Assembly: GCA_963666055.2 (NCBI GenBank)
Contig: CAXWPH010000003.1
Span: 1-64,000 of the forward strand
Direction: 5' to 3'
Length of the DNA stretch: 64,000 nt
DNA from: Acidobacteriota bacterium
Lineage (GTDB): Bacteria > Acidobacteriota > UBA890 > WLXD01
The notes below the pieces were generated by a model. It was not told where the DNA came from and searched no databases. It was given only the letters and a program-made list of their open reading frames with translations. Each line of letters opens with the position of its first letter. The first letter of the stretch is position 1. Shown one piece after another: positions 1 to 10,319 of the stretch. The translations under genes and the position numbers were made by a program.

Positions 1-429
1 CCCGAGACGGAACACCTCTTTGATGACGAGATGATTGGTAAGATGAAGCGTGGAGCTTATCTTGTTAATACTGCTCGGGGAAAGATCTGTGATCGTAATG
101 CAGTTGCAAGAGCACTTGAGAGCGGCCAATTAGCCGGTTATGCCGGGGATGTTTGGTTTCCACAACCAGCACCAAGAGATCACCCTTGGCGAACAATGCC
201 AAACCATGCAATGACGCCACATACATCCGGAACTTCGCTGGCGGCTCAAGCTCGATATGCAGCGGGCGTCAGGGAAATCTTGGAATGCTGGTTTGATGAT
301 AGGCAAATACGAGAAGAATATCTTATCGTGGAAGGCGGAAAACTCGCAGGATCCGGAGCACATTCCTACACTGAGGGTGATGCAACCGGAGGATCTGGAG
401 AAGCTGCTAAGTTTAAAGTGGGTCAATAA
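1..429 (+). CDS. fdh: NAD-dependent formate dehydrogenase, 3' part (5' end outside window)
   Basis: Frame open from base 1; motifs VNTARG, GDVWFPQP, MTPHTSGTSL typical of NAD-FDH; visibly lower GC than the rest of the window. Confidence 0.92.
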   Translation, partial: PETEHLFDDEMIGKMKRGAYLVNTARGKICDRNAVARALESGQLAGYAGDVWFPQPAPRDHPWRTMPNHAMTPHTSGTSLAAQARYAAGVREILECWFDDRQIREEYLIVEGGKLAGSGAHSYTEGDATGGSGEAAKFKVGQ

Positions 430-552
430 GTAAGAGGGACGTCTTTCGGGCGGATCCTCCTCCCCCTGCAGCTACTCGGGATAGCGAACCACGTAGACGA
501 CTGCCTGAACGACTGCTCCGAGTGGCACGAACAAGAGGACGAGGACAGACAG

Positions 553-572
553 CCCCCCCCCCCCCCCCCCCC
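553..572. repeat. Poly-C homopolymer (20 C)
   Basis: Counted directly; length may be a sequencing artefact. Confidence 0.85.
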
Positions 573-675
573 GAACCGGGAATCGATAGAAGTGACCTGA
601 CCCCGCGGTTAGTACCACGTCTTATCTCAGTAACTCTGTGCTGACAATGGGTTGTTGAGGCCGGCACCAATGGCC

Positions 676-738
676 GGCTACACAGTGGCTACACGTGGCC
701 CAATGTTCAGATAGAAGTCTCCGTTTCTCAACAACTTA
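676..738 (+). promoter_or_regulatory. Putative integrase arm-type direct repeats (GGCTACAC x2) and IHF-like site
   Basis: GGCTACAC at 676-683 and 687-694; TCTCAACAACTTA at 726-738 resembles the IHF consensus WATCAANNNNTTR; both lie just before a tRNA 3' fragment. Confidence 0.45.
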
Positions 739-752
739 GATCCTTTACTAAG

Positions 753-802
753 CCGGCCTGTCAAACTGGGAATCGCGGGCTCGAATCCCGTCGGTCATGC
801 CA
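753..802 (+). pseudogene. Degenerate 3' half of tRNA-Asp(GTC), probable att site
   Basis: CCGGC-CTGTCAA-ACTGG anticodon arm, GCGGG-CTCGAAT-CCCGT T-arm, ends GCCA; no D-arm or 5' acceptor strand upstream. Confidence 0.6.
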
Positions 803-954
803 GCCATCGCGGACGTCCTCGTCCAACAGGCGGCAGGGCGGGCAGTCTGGTAGCTCCGAGCGCGTGGTGGTTGCCGGCGCACCCATTAGCGGCTACCTCC
901 TCTGCGGTCAGGCAACCCGGGGCGTCGTAGCTCAGTCTCACGAAACGGCATCGT

Positions 955-1015
955 CCGTGGACCCTCACCCGCTCTGACGATAGGCTTCAGGCGCTCACCC
1001 ACACTCTGGGGTAGC
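955..1015 (+). repeat. Leader/promoter repeat, copy A
   Basis: CCGTGGACCC-N13-CGATAG-N-CTTCAG-N-CGCTCACC..GTAGC; aligns with 2037-2098 and partly with 3466-3495. Confidence 0.75.
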
Positions 1016-1048
1016 TTCCCGAGCCGTCGGCACGAACCCCTCGGGCGG

Positions 1049-1894
1049 ATGAACAAGCGCACCTTCGGCCCCACGGGCGTAGACGTTCCGGTTATCGGCC
1101 AGGGCACCTGGCAGATGGAGCTGTGCGATCGTGCCGTGACGATCCGGGCGCTGCACCGAGGCCTCGACCTGGGCGCGACCCACATCGACACTGCTGAGAT
1201 GTACGGCAACGGGGCGGTCGAAGAGCTCGTAGGCGAAGCGATAAGGGGTCGGCGCGACGGGGTCTACCTGGTGAGCAAGGTGCTGCCGTCGAACGCGTCG
1301 CGGGCAGGGACGATCGCTGCGTGTGAGCGGTCGCTGCGGCGTCTGCGCACCGATCGGCTCGATTGCTACCTGTTGCACTGGGAAGGAAGTTACCCGCTCG
1401 CGGAGACGGTCGCCGGCTTCGAGCAACTGCTCGCCGACGGCAAGATCCGCGCCTGGGGCGTGAGCAACTTCGACGAGCACGCCATGGCCGCGGTCGTTAC
1501 GATCGCTGGTGCCGAAAGCATCGCTTGCAACCAGGTCTGCTACTACCTGCAGGAGCGCGCTATCGAGCATGCAGTGGTACCGTTTTGTGAGCGACACGGG
1601 ATCGCGGTGGTCGCGTACAGCCCGTTCGGCTCGGGGTCATTTCCTCCCGCGCGCTCTCCAGGTGGCCTGCTGCTTGCGGAGATCGGCGCGAGCCACGAGG
1701 CCAGCCCCTTCCAGATCGCGCTGGCGTTTCTTTGCCGGCGCCGGACGCAGTTCGCGATTCCGAAGAGTTCGACCGGCGCTCACGTCGAAGACAACGCCAC
1801 CGCCGGCGATCTCGCCCTCACCGACGCGGAAATCGAGCGGATCGATGCGACCTTCCCGCTCGGCCGGCCGCGGGGCGGAGTTCCGATGATCTGA
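1049..1894 (+). CDS. Aldo/keto reductase
   Basis: IGQGTW, IDTAEMYG, LVSKV, YLLHW, WGVSNF, AYSP, IPKS motifs. Confidence 0.93.
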   Translation: MNKRTFGPTGVDVPVIGQGTWQMELCDRAVTIRALHRGLDLGATHIDTAEMYGNGAVEELVGEAIRGRRDGVYLVSKVLPSNASRAGTIAACERSLRRLRTDRLDCYLLHWEGSYPLAETVAGFEQLLADGKIRAWGVSNFDEHAMAAVVTIAGAESIACNQVCYYLQERAIEHAVVPFCERHGIAVVAYSPFGSGSFPPARSPGGLLLAEIGASHEASPFQIALAFLCRRRTQFAIPKSSTGAHVEDNATAGDLALTDAEIERIDATFPLGRPRGGVPMI

Positions 1895-2036
1895 GAGCAG
1901 CTTCTGGGAGCTCCGACGCGCTTCGCGCTGGGAACTAGCGACCTTTGATCCCGCTCGTCTGTAGTGCCAGGACAAAGAGCAGTCAAATGTCTTCCGATCG
2001 TCGCGACCTTAACTTGACAGCACCGCCTGGCGCTTT

Positions 2037-2098
2037 CCGTGGACCCCTGCGACCCCCAGCGATAGTCTTCAGACGCTCACCTACCCCCCTCTGGTAGC
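2037..2098 (+). repeat. Leader/promoter repeat, copy B, ending 3 nt before ATG 2102
   Basis: Same conserved blocks and spacing as copy A. Confidence 0.75.
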
Positions 2099-2101
2099 GC
2101 C

Positions 2102-3454
2102 ATGGAAGCAGGCACCAAACTAGGCCCCTACGAGATCACCGAGCAGCTCGGTGCAGGCGGCATGGGAGAGGTGTACCTGGCGGAAGACACCCGCCTGGGC
2201 CGCAAGGTGGCGACTTCCCTCCGAATCTTGATGAGCGTCGTTCTTGCGGCGACCGCCCCGGCACTTGCCCAAGAGTTCCCCAGGGCGACACCGGAATCGG
2301 TCGGGCTTTCGACGGGGGGTCTCGAACGTGCCACCAATGCGCTCCAGGCACACATCGACGCGGGTGATATTGCTGGAGTCGTCGCGGCGGTGGTTCGTGA
2401 CGGCAAGCTGGTCTACTTCGAAGCTCTTGGGTATCGCGATCTGGAGGCGCTGGATCCGATGGCTGTGGACGCTCTGTTCCGCCAATACTCGATGACCCGG
2501 CCGATTACGAGCCTGGCCGCGATGATCCTATGGGAGGAAGGTGAGCTGGCCCTCGATGATCCGATCTCGAAGTATCTTCCGCCGTTCACGAACCAGCGAG
2601 TCTTCGTCGATTCGTCCCAGCCTGGTATGGACCGGACGCGCGCCCGCTTTGGAGAAATCACGGTCGAGCAGCTCCACACTCACACCTCCGGTCTGGGGAG
2701 CCGAAGCTCAGAGATCTATCGGGCCGAGGGAGTCCGGCTGCGGTCGATCTCTATCGAGAGGATGGTTGACAACGCGGCGCGCGTTCCGCTGTTTGAGGAT
2801 CCGGGCACTCGGTTTCGATATGGGATCTCCACGACCATCCTGGGCCGCGTTGTCGAGGTCGTTTCCGGGATGCCGCTCGAAGAGTTCTTCGAAGAGCGGA
2901 TCTTCAAGCCGCTCGGAATGACGGACACGGTCTTCTGGGCCGACGCGGCGCAATCATCACGGCTGGCAACGGTCTACCGACCGTCACCCGACGGCGAACT
3001 TCGGCCCCACGTGATCGAAGACGTGCCGTTCACCGAGCGGCCGCCGTTGATCGAGGGCGGCGTGGGACTGCTGTCAACGGTGCCTGACTACCTGCGGCTA
3101 TCGCAGATGTTCCTCAACCGAGGAGAGCTCGACGGGCAGCGTGTACTTCGTCCGGAGACCGTCGATATCATGACGGTCAACCGGATCCCGGACGAATTGC
3201 TTCCTCTATTTGGACGGGACAACGGCTACGGCTGGGGTCTGGGATTCTGTATCGCGATCAACCCCGCGTTGATCAGTTTTCCGATCGGCCAGGATGTCTA
3301 CTGGTGGGACGGCTCCGCCGGCACGCGGTTCTTCATCGACCCTCGGCAGAACATGATCATCGTGATCATGGCGCAGGTCTCACCCGCTCGTGGAAACGAG
3401 TTTCGCGAGGAGTTCTCGACATTGGTTGATGCGGCGATCCTCGAACGCCGGTAG
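2102..3454 (+). CDS. Serine hydrolase (beta-lactamase/AmpC-like family) with a 37-aa Ser/Thr kinase N-terminal fragment fused in front of its signal peptide
   Basis: [31 protein letters not shown] is kinase subdomain I-II; followed by signal-like [15 protein letters not shown], then YSMTR (SxxK site), [22 protein letters not shown]. Confidence 0.88.
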   Translation: MEAGTKLGPYEITEQLGAGGMGEVYLAEDTRLGRKVATSLRILMSVVLAATAPALAQEFPRATPESVGLSTGGLERATNALQAHIDAGDIAGVVAAVVRDGKLVYFEALGYRDLEALDPMAVDALFRQYSMTRPITSLAAMILWEEGELALDDPISKYLPPFTNQRVFVDSSQPGMDRTRARFGEITVEQLHTHTSGLGSRSSEIYRAEGVRLRSISIERMVDNAARVPLFEDPGTRFRYGISTTILGRVVEVVSGMPLEEFFEERIFKPLGMTDTVFWADAAQSSRLATVYRPSPDGELRPHVIEDVPFTERPPLIEGGVGLLSTVPDYLRLSQMFLNRGELDGQRVLRPETVDIMTVNRIPDELLPLFGRDNGYGWGLGFCIAINPALISFPIGQDVYWWDGSAGTRFFIDPRQNMIIVIMAQVSPARGNEFREEFSTLVDAAILERR

Positions 3455-3465
3455 GCTTCGCGCTT

Positions 3466-3495
3466 CCGTGGACCCTCGCTTGCCCTAACGATAGT
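3466..3495 (+). repeat. Leader/promoter repeat, copy C (truncated)
   Basis: CCGTGGACCC-N13-CGATAGT with identical spacing. Confidence 0.7.
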
Positions 3496-3497
3496 GA

Positions 3498-3545
3498 CCT
3501 GCCCCAAGTGGTGATCTCGTAGTGGCCGAGTGTCTTGCCGATCAC
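3498..3545 (-). pseudogene. Ser/Thr kinase N-terminal remnant
   Basis: Minus strand reads (V)IGKTLGHYEIT, the typical start of bacterial Hanks-type kinases, then degenerates. Confidence 0.6.
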
Positions 3546-3593
3546 AATGACGGCTACCCTGCCAGCCGCGGCCTCGACTCCCAGGAGCGTCCG

Positions 3594-4838
3594 ATGAGAC
3601 GACACCGAACCCCGATCCTGGTGGCTGGCGCGCTCTTCGCCTGCGTCGCCGCCACCGGCACTGCACGAGTGCACGCGCATACGTCGGCACATCAGATGCA
3701 GCACGCCGACGACATCGCGAGGATCGAAGCCCCACGCATGCCCGGTGCGGATGGCCACGCCGGGATGTCGCTCGAGGAGCTCATGCGGGAGCTCGACACG
3801 CCGGCGCTCAGCATCGCGGTGGTAAGAGACTTCGAGATCATCTGGGCCAAGGCCTACGGCCGAGCGGACGTCGAAGCGGGCCTCCAAGCCACCACCGACA
3901 CGCTGTTTCAAGCCGCCTCGATCAGCAAGCCAGTGTCGGCGATGGCTGTCCTCAAGGCGGTGCAGGACGGATTGTTCGGGCTCGACGACGACATCAACTC
4001 GATCCTGACTTCCTGGCAACTTACAGAGACACGGGAGTTCCTGGAAGAAACCGCCGTCACGCCGCGCCTGTTGATGAGCATGACCGCCGGCGCGACGGTC
4101 TCGGGATTCCCCGGGTACCTACCGAGCGGCACGATTCCCACGGTGCCACAGGTACTTGCGGGCTCTTGGGGGAATGCGCTCGTGAACACGCTTCCGGTGA
4201 TCGTCGATTGGGCGCCGAACACCAAGTACGAGTACTCCGGTGGCGGCGTGACGGTCTTGCAATTGGCTGTCGCGGATGCCGCGGGACAACCGTTTGCGCA
4301 GTTCGTGAAGGATCACGTCCTGGACCCGATAGGCATGAGCGCCAGCTGCTTTTGCCAGCCGCTCCCGGCAAACCTCGACGCCAACGCGGCCCGGGCATAC
4401 GAGTGGCAGGGTCGTCCGGAGGACCATCGCGGCTCTGCCGAAGCCAAGTGGCATGTGTACCCAGAGCTTTACGCCGCCGGCCTATGGACGACACCGACTG
4501 ATCTCGCCAAGTTCCTCATCGAGGTTCAGCTATCGCTCCAGGGACGCTCGAACGAGGTCCTACGTCGAGAGACCATCCGCAAGATGGTCACCCAGGGCGG
4601 CATCGGCCACTACGCGCTGGGATTCACCGTCGGATCGATCTCCCCACACGTGCCTGCCCCGGCGGGCGAAGCACCCCGGTTGTTCGGACATACGGGCGGA
4701 AACTGGGGGTTCCGGAGCAACCTTGTCGGACATCTCGAAGAAGGGTCGGGCTTTGTGATCATGGCAAACAGCGACAGCTCTAATCCGCTGGTGTTCCTCG
4801 AGCTACCGGCACGTCTGCGAGCGGCATTGTCAAGTTAA
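3594..4838 (+). CDS. Exported serine hydrolase (beta-lactamase family)
   Basis: AGGAG RBS before ATG 3594; signal peptide; FQAASISK, YSGGG, GLWTTPTDLA, GHTG. Confidence 0.9.
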   Translation: MRRHRTPILVAGALFACVAATGTARVHAHTSAHQMQHADDIARIEAPRMPGADGHAGMSLEELMRELDTPALSIAVVRDFEIIWAKAYGRADVEAGLQATTDTLFQAASISKPVSAMAVLKAVQDGLFGLDDDINSILTSWQLTETREFLEETAVTPRLLMSMTAGATVSGFPGYLPSGTIPTVPQVLAGSWGNALVNTLPVIVDWAPNTKYEYSGGGVTVLQLAVADAAGQPFAQFVKDHVLDPIGMSASCFCQPLPANLDANAARAYEWQGRPEDHRGSAEAKWHVYPELYAAGLWTTPTDLAKFLIEVQLSLQGRSNEVLRRETIRKMVTQGGIGHYALGFTVGSISPHVPAPAGEAPRLFGHTGGNWGFRSNLVGHLEEGSGFVIMANSDSSNPLVFLELPARLRAALSS

Positions 4839-4850
4839 CGACGCCCCGCG

Positions 4851-5330
4851 GTGGAGTCTTGCCACATCAAGATCAGGGACTCCGATGTCGTTGGTCATGT
4901 CTGGAGGTGCCTGTTCGACACGGCACGGCAATACCGCGAGTCGTTCGACGTCTACGGTTCCAAGAAGTCGTTCGAATGGGCCCTGATCGAGGGGGAGTCG
5001 CACGTGCTGCACACCGCCAAGTGCCCCGAATCAGAGATCGCCGATCACGTCGAGGTTCCCGACTTCGCACACCTGTTGCCGGAGGAGATTCGCGGCTTCA
5101 CGTCGGCGATTCAAGATGCCGAGCACCTGTCGTTCATCCAGGGTGCCGGCCACGGTGGGTCGCACCCTCATCTGGTGCACGAGTTCGTCTCGGCGTTGCT
5201 CGACGACCGCGACCCTTGGCCCAACGCAGTCACCAGCGCTAACTGGACCTGCGTGGGCATTTGTGCGCACCAGTCGGCCAACGACGGTGGCGTGGTCGTC
5301 CGCCTGCCGGATTTCACCCTGGCTACCTGA
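4851..5330 (+). pseudogene. C-terminal half of a Gfo/Idh/MocA-family oxidoreductase
   Basis: LFDTARQYRESFDVYGS..GHGGSHPHLVHEF..ICAHQSA; NAD-binding N-terminal domain absent. Confidence 0.7.
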
Positions 5331-5360
5331 CGGTAGTGTTGGCGCGCCGGCATCGCGGCC

Positions 5361-5573
5361 TATGTGGCGAGCTGGGTCAGCGCCGACCTGAAGCGCTGCT
5401 TCCAGATCATGGAGTGCGACGACCGCGCCCTGCTCGACGAGTGGATGTCGCGATGGGCTGACCTCGTCGACTTCGAGGTCGTGCCGGTGCTGGCGTCCTC
5501 CGAAGCCGCCGCCGTGATCACCGGCGCGTCGGGCTCGAGCCGGGAAGCACCTTCCGCACCGGGGTTGAAATGA
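5361..5573 (+). pseudogene. DUF3303-like protein, N-terminally truncated
   Basis: YVASWV..RCFQIMECDD..W..W.DLVDFEVVPV; in-frame stop at 5334-5336 upstream. Confidence 0.6.
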
Positions 5574-5635
5574 CGGCTATCATTCGAGCGCCATACAACT
5601 CCCGAACGCACCACCCTAACCGGAAGGGTCATTCG

Positions 5636-8600
5636 ATGGGCAAGCGCATTTTCATAACGAGTCTCGCTCTGTTGGTGATTGCAGCATTTTTCGACGGTTC
5701 GAGCGCAGGCGCTCAATCGGACACACAGGACAGCGTGGCAGAGGCGGTAGCAGGGCTGAAGCTTCGCAGCATCGGGCCGGCGCTCATGGGAGGTCGCATT
5801 GCCGACATCGCCATCCATCCGCACGACCGCAGTACCTGGTATGTGGCGGTGGGGTCCGGGGGCCTGTGGAAGACGACCAACGCCGGCATCACCTGGGAGC
5901 CGATCTTCGACGATCAGCGCTCGTACTCCATCGGCGTCGTCACCCTCGACCCTGGCAACCCCGAGATCGTCTGGGTGGGTACCGGCGAGAACGTCAGCGG
6001 ACGCCACGTCGGCTGGGGGGATGGCGTTTACCGTAGTCGGGACGGCGGTGACTCGTGGCACCGGATGGGTCTGGAGACCTCGGAGCACATCGGCAAGATT
6101 CTCGTCGACCCGAGGAACGGTGACGTCGTGTTGGTGGCGGCGGAGGGGCCGCTATGGTCGGCTGGCGGCGAGCGCGGCGTTTACAAGACGACCGATGGCG
6201 GCGAGACCTGGACCGCGGTGCTCGAGATCGATGAGCACACCGGCGTCACCGACCTGGAGTACGACCCCTCGAACCCCGACGTGGTCTACGCCGCGGCCTA
6301 CCAGCGGCGCCGGCATGTCTGGGCGTTCCTCGGGGGCGGCCCGAGCTCCGGAATCTACAAATCGACCGACGCCGGCGATAGCTGGCGGCAGGTTACCGAG
6401 GGGCTCCCTTCCGGAGACGTCGGCAAGATCGGGCTCGCGGTGACCCCGGCCGATCCCTGGCTGGTGTACGCGACGGTCGAGGCCGACGACGAGGAACGCG
6501 GCTTCTACCGGTCGGGCGACAGGGGAGAGAGCTGGGAGCGTCGCAGCTCGTACATCTCGGGCGGAACCGGCCCCCACTACTACCAGGAGATCGAAGCGTC
6601 GCCGCAGGATGCCGAGCTGGTGTACCAGATGGACGTGTTTATTCAGGTGACGCGAGATGCTGGCGCCAGCTTCGACTATCTCGGTACCGGACGCGAAAAG
6701 GCACAGCGACAACCACGCGCTGTGGATCGATCCCGACGACGGCGGCCATCTGATCGCCGGCACCGACGCCGGTCTCTACGAGACCTTCGACGAGGGAACG
6801 AACTGGCGACATTTCCCCAACCTGCCAGTCTCGCAGTTCTACAAGGTCGCGCTGAGCAACGCGGAGCCCTTCTACGACATCCTCGGCGGTGCGCAGGATC
6901 TGGGCACCTTGCACGGACCGGCGCGAACCCTGAATTCCGAGGGCGTGCGAAACCGCGATTGGTACGTCCCCATGGGAGCCGACGGCTACGGCGTCGCCAT
7001 CGATCCGGAAGACGCCGGGACCCTCTATTTGATGACTCAGGAGGGCAACCTGTCTCGAACTGACCGTCGAAGCGACGAGTCGCTCAGCATTCGGCCGTTA
7101 CCGGTTACTGGGGAGTCGCCCGAGCGCTGGAACTGGGACTCGCCGATTCTCATCAGCCCGCACGACCGGCGGCGGCTCTACTTCGGTTCGCAACGGCTTT
7201 GGAGGAGCGATGACCGCGGCGACTCCTGGACAACCGTCAGCGGCGATCTGACGCGCCACAGAGATCGCTACGAGATGGAGCTGATGGGACGCGTATGGAG
7301 CGTCGACTCACTCTACGACAACGGCGCGATGTCGAAGTACGCCACCCTGACCGCGGTATCGGAATCCCCCGTCGCCGAAGGTGTGCTGTACGTCGGCAGC
7401 GACGACGGTCTGGTTCAGGTGAGCGATGACGGCGGCGCGGGCTGGCGCCTGGCGGGAGCTCTCCCTCAGGTCCCGGAGCTTTCCTTCATCAACGATGTCG
7501 AGGCCTCGCAGCACGATGCCGACGTCGTCTTCGCGGTTGCCGACGCGCACAAGACGGGCGATTACGGTCCCTATGTGTTCGCCAGCGCCGATCGCGGACG
7601 CAGCTGGGAGTCGATCGTCGGCGATCTGCCCGACGAGACGATCGTCTGGGCGATTCAGCAGGATCACGTCGTTCCCAGCCTGCTGTTTCTCGCCACCGAG
7701 TACGGCATCTACGTCAGCATGAACGGCGGCGACAAGTGGACCAATGCTCAGCGGCGGCGTTCCGACGATCCCGTTCCGGGATCTCAAGCTGCATCGGCGC
7801 GACGATGACCTGGTAGGCGCCAGCTTCGGTAGGGGCTTCTATGTGCTCGACGACTACTCGCCGCTTCGCGAGATCGCGGCGGGCGCATTGGACGGCGACA
7901 GTCAGGTGTTCCCGGTGCGCGATGCCTGGTGGTACATCCCTTCGGTTCCCGGTCAGGCTCGTGGACGGCCCACCCAGGGCAGCACCGCCTACGTCGCCCC
8001 CAACCCACCCTTCGGCGCCACCTTTACCTACTTCCTCACCGAGGCGCCGGTCACCGCACAGGAGTCGCGCCGGGCAACCGAGCGAGAGCTGCGCGAGGGT
8101 GGGGAAAACATCCCGTTCCCAGGCTACGAGACCCTACGTCTCGAGGCAGCGGAGAGCGACCCGATGGTGCTACTGGTTGTTCGAGACGCGCAGGGGGAAG
8201 CGGTGCGCTGGGTAGAAGGGCCGGCGAAGTCGGGGATGCACCGGGTGACCTGGGATTTGCGACGCCCGCCGCCGGATCCGATCGAGCTGAGCCCGTCGGG
8301 ATTCACCCCGCCGTGGGCAAGCCCGCCGCAGGGCCCGCTGGCACCGCCAGGTCAATACAGCGTGGAATTGCTGGTGATCTCGGCCGCCGGCGCGCAGTTG
8401 CTGGGGTCGGCGCAACAGTTCGAGGTCCGTGCGGTGCCTACCGTGGCGTCGCGCACGGATCTCGCTGCCGTGGCCGAGTTCCAGCAGCGGGCAAGTGACC
8501 TCATGCGACGGATCGCCGCAGCCGGTGCCGAAATACGGCGGGCCCGCGAGCGGCTGCGTCATATGCGCGCGGCGCTGGTGGAGACTCCGCGGGCCGACCC

Positions 8601-8928
8601 GGCGCTGTTCGGCAGGATGGACGAGCTGGCGGCGAGCCTCGACGACCTACAGGTGCGTCTCTCGGGCGACCCGGCTCGTCAGCGGCTCAGCCAGTCGACC
8701 TCGCCATCGATTCGCGGACGTGTCGGACAGGTCATCGGCGGGCACTGGGGGACGCGTCAGGCGCCGACGGCGACGCAGCGAAGCAGCCTCGAGCTCGCCA
8801 GCGATGGCTTCGAAATTCTCGGCATCGAGCTGTCGGAGCTGATCGAAGTCGATCTGGCCCGCCTGGAAGCCGACCTCGCTGCCGCCGGCGCCCCATGGAC
8901 TCCCGGACGTCGGCTGTCGACACAGTAG
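5636..8928 (+). CDS. Exported VPS10/BNR-repeat beta-propeller glycosyl-hydrolase-like protein with two +1 frameshifts (~6701, ~7744)
   Basis: LRSIGPALMGGRIADIA start; many SxDxGxxW Asp-box repeats continuing across three ORFs. Confidence 0.85.
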
Positions 8929-8943
8929 CGGGTTCGCGGGGCG

Positions 8944-10214
8944 TCAGCGTCGGTCGTTCGTGGTCAGCGGGCTCAGATACTGACGCCCGTCGAGGCCCTT
9001 CTTGTGCATGGCGATGCCGGTGAGGCATTCCTGCACGATTCGATCGGCGTTGAGCGTTGTCGTGTAGCCGGGATCGATGAGCGGCGCCAGCTCCACCAGA
9101 TCGAAGCCGACCATGTTGTTTTCGGCGCACAGACCGCGGATCAGCGGGAAGACCTCGCGGGTGGTGAGGCCGCCGGGCTCAGGCGTGCCGGTCCCTGGGG
9201 TGAACGCGGGATCGATCACGTCGATGTCGAACGATATGTAGAGGTATTCGGGGCCGTCGTTGGCCTCGTCGAGAACCCGCTGCATGACCGCCCCCCAGCC
9301 GTCACGCTCGATTTCCGCCATCGGGTGGTAGCGCATGCGCTGCTCACGCATCCACTCGAAGCCGGCCTCGCCGGGCCAGTAGCCACGCAGCCCCACCTGG
9401 ATGTAGTTGCTGCCGAGGATGTGGCCGTCCTCGATGAGGCGACGAATGGGCCTGCCGTGGGCGATCAGGTGACCGCTGCGGTTGATCCCGGCGTCGTAGT
9501 GCGCATCAAAAAGTGAATGACCCCGACGTTCTCCTTGCCGTACACGTCGGTGATCCCGGCGACGTTGGGGTACTCGAGCGAATGGTCGCCGCCGATGATG
9601 ATCGGGATGGCGCCGGTCTCGGCGATCTCGCGTACCATGCGACGCACCGGCGGCATGCTGCGCTCGGTGCTCATGTTGTCGATCGGCGCGTCGCCGTAGT
9701 CCACCGCGACGAGCTCTTCGACCCACGTCACCCCCACGTGCATGTGCGGCAGACCCCACGCGAGGCTCTGCGAGCGCAGCTCACGCGGCCCGAACTTGGC
9801 GCCGCGCATGCCGCTCCCCATGTCGAGCGGTGCTCCCATGATCGCCACCTCGACGTTGCCCGCGGTCAGGTCCTCCGGGGTCAGGGCAACGGGCAGGCCG
9901 AAGAAGCTGTGGATCGCCGGATACTGGAAGCGGCCGATGTGGAAGGGGCCCGGCTCACGCGCCGGGTCCTCGGAGGTGTCGCGCAAGCCGCTCCACAGGT
10001 CGAGGTTCTCGGCGTCGGGGTCGAGCCGGATAATCGCCAGCTCGGGATCCACTTCCGTCTCGGCCTGTTCCTCACCCTCGGCCGGCTCGGAGCCCGTCTC
10101 CGCTGCGAGCTCATCAGGCGCGGATGCCTCCGGCTCTGAGGTTGGCTGCGGCGCGCAGGTGGCAGCAAAGACCAGCACTAACGGAGCCACGAATGCCCGC
10201 GCAACTAGCCTCAC
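8944..10214 (-). CDS. Agmatinase/ureohydrolase family protein, copy 1 (frameshift in A5 run 9508-9512)
   Basis: GGDHSL, (H)FDAHYD split by the frameshift, SFDIDVIDP, GTGTP; close paralog of the adjacent gene. Confidence 0.88.
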
Positions 10215-10319
10215 CGCTGCACCTCCGTTTCGGATCCGAGATCGTACGTGGCGCCTCGGATGCTCAGGGTGACGCCAGAGTAACCGATCGACAAGCCGTT
10301 CGGCGCGATGGGGACGCGC

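Noticed and set aside
553-572. Poly-C as a phase-variation tract or G-quadruplex
   Set aside because: Intergenic with no evident promoter or ORF dependence; homopolymer length is unreliable.
2102-2212. Functional Ser/Thr kinase
   Set aside because: Only the Gly-rich loop is present; no catalytic Lys, HRD or DFG.
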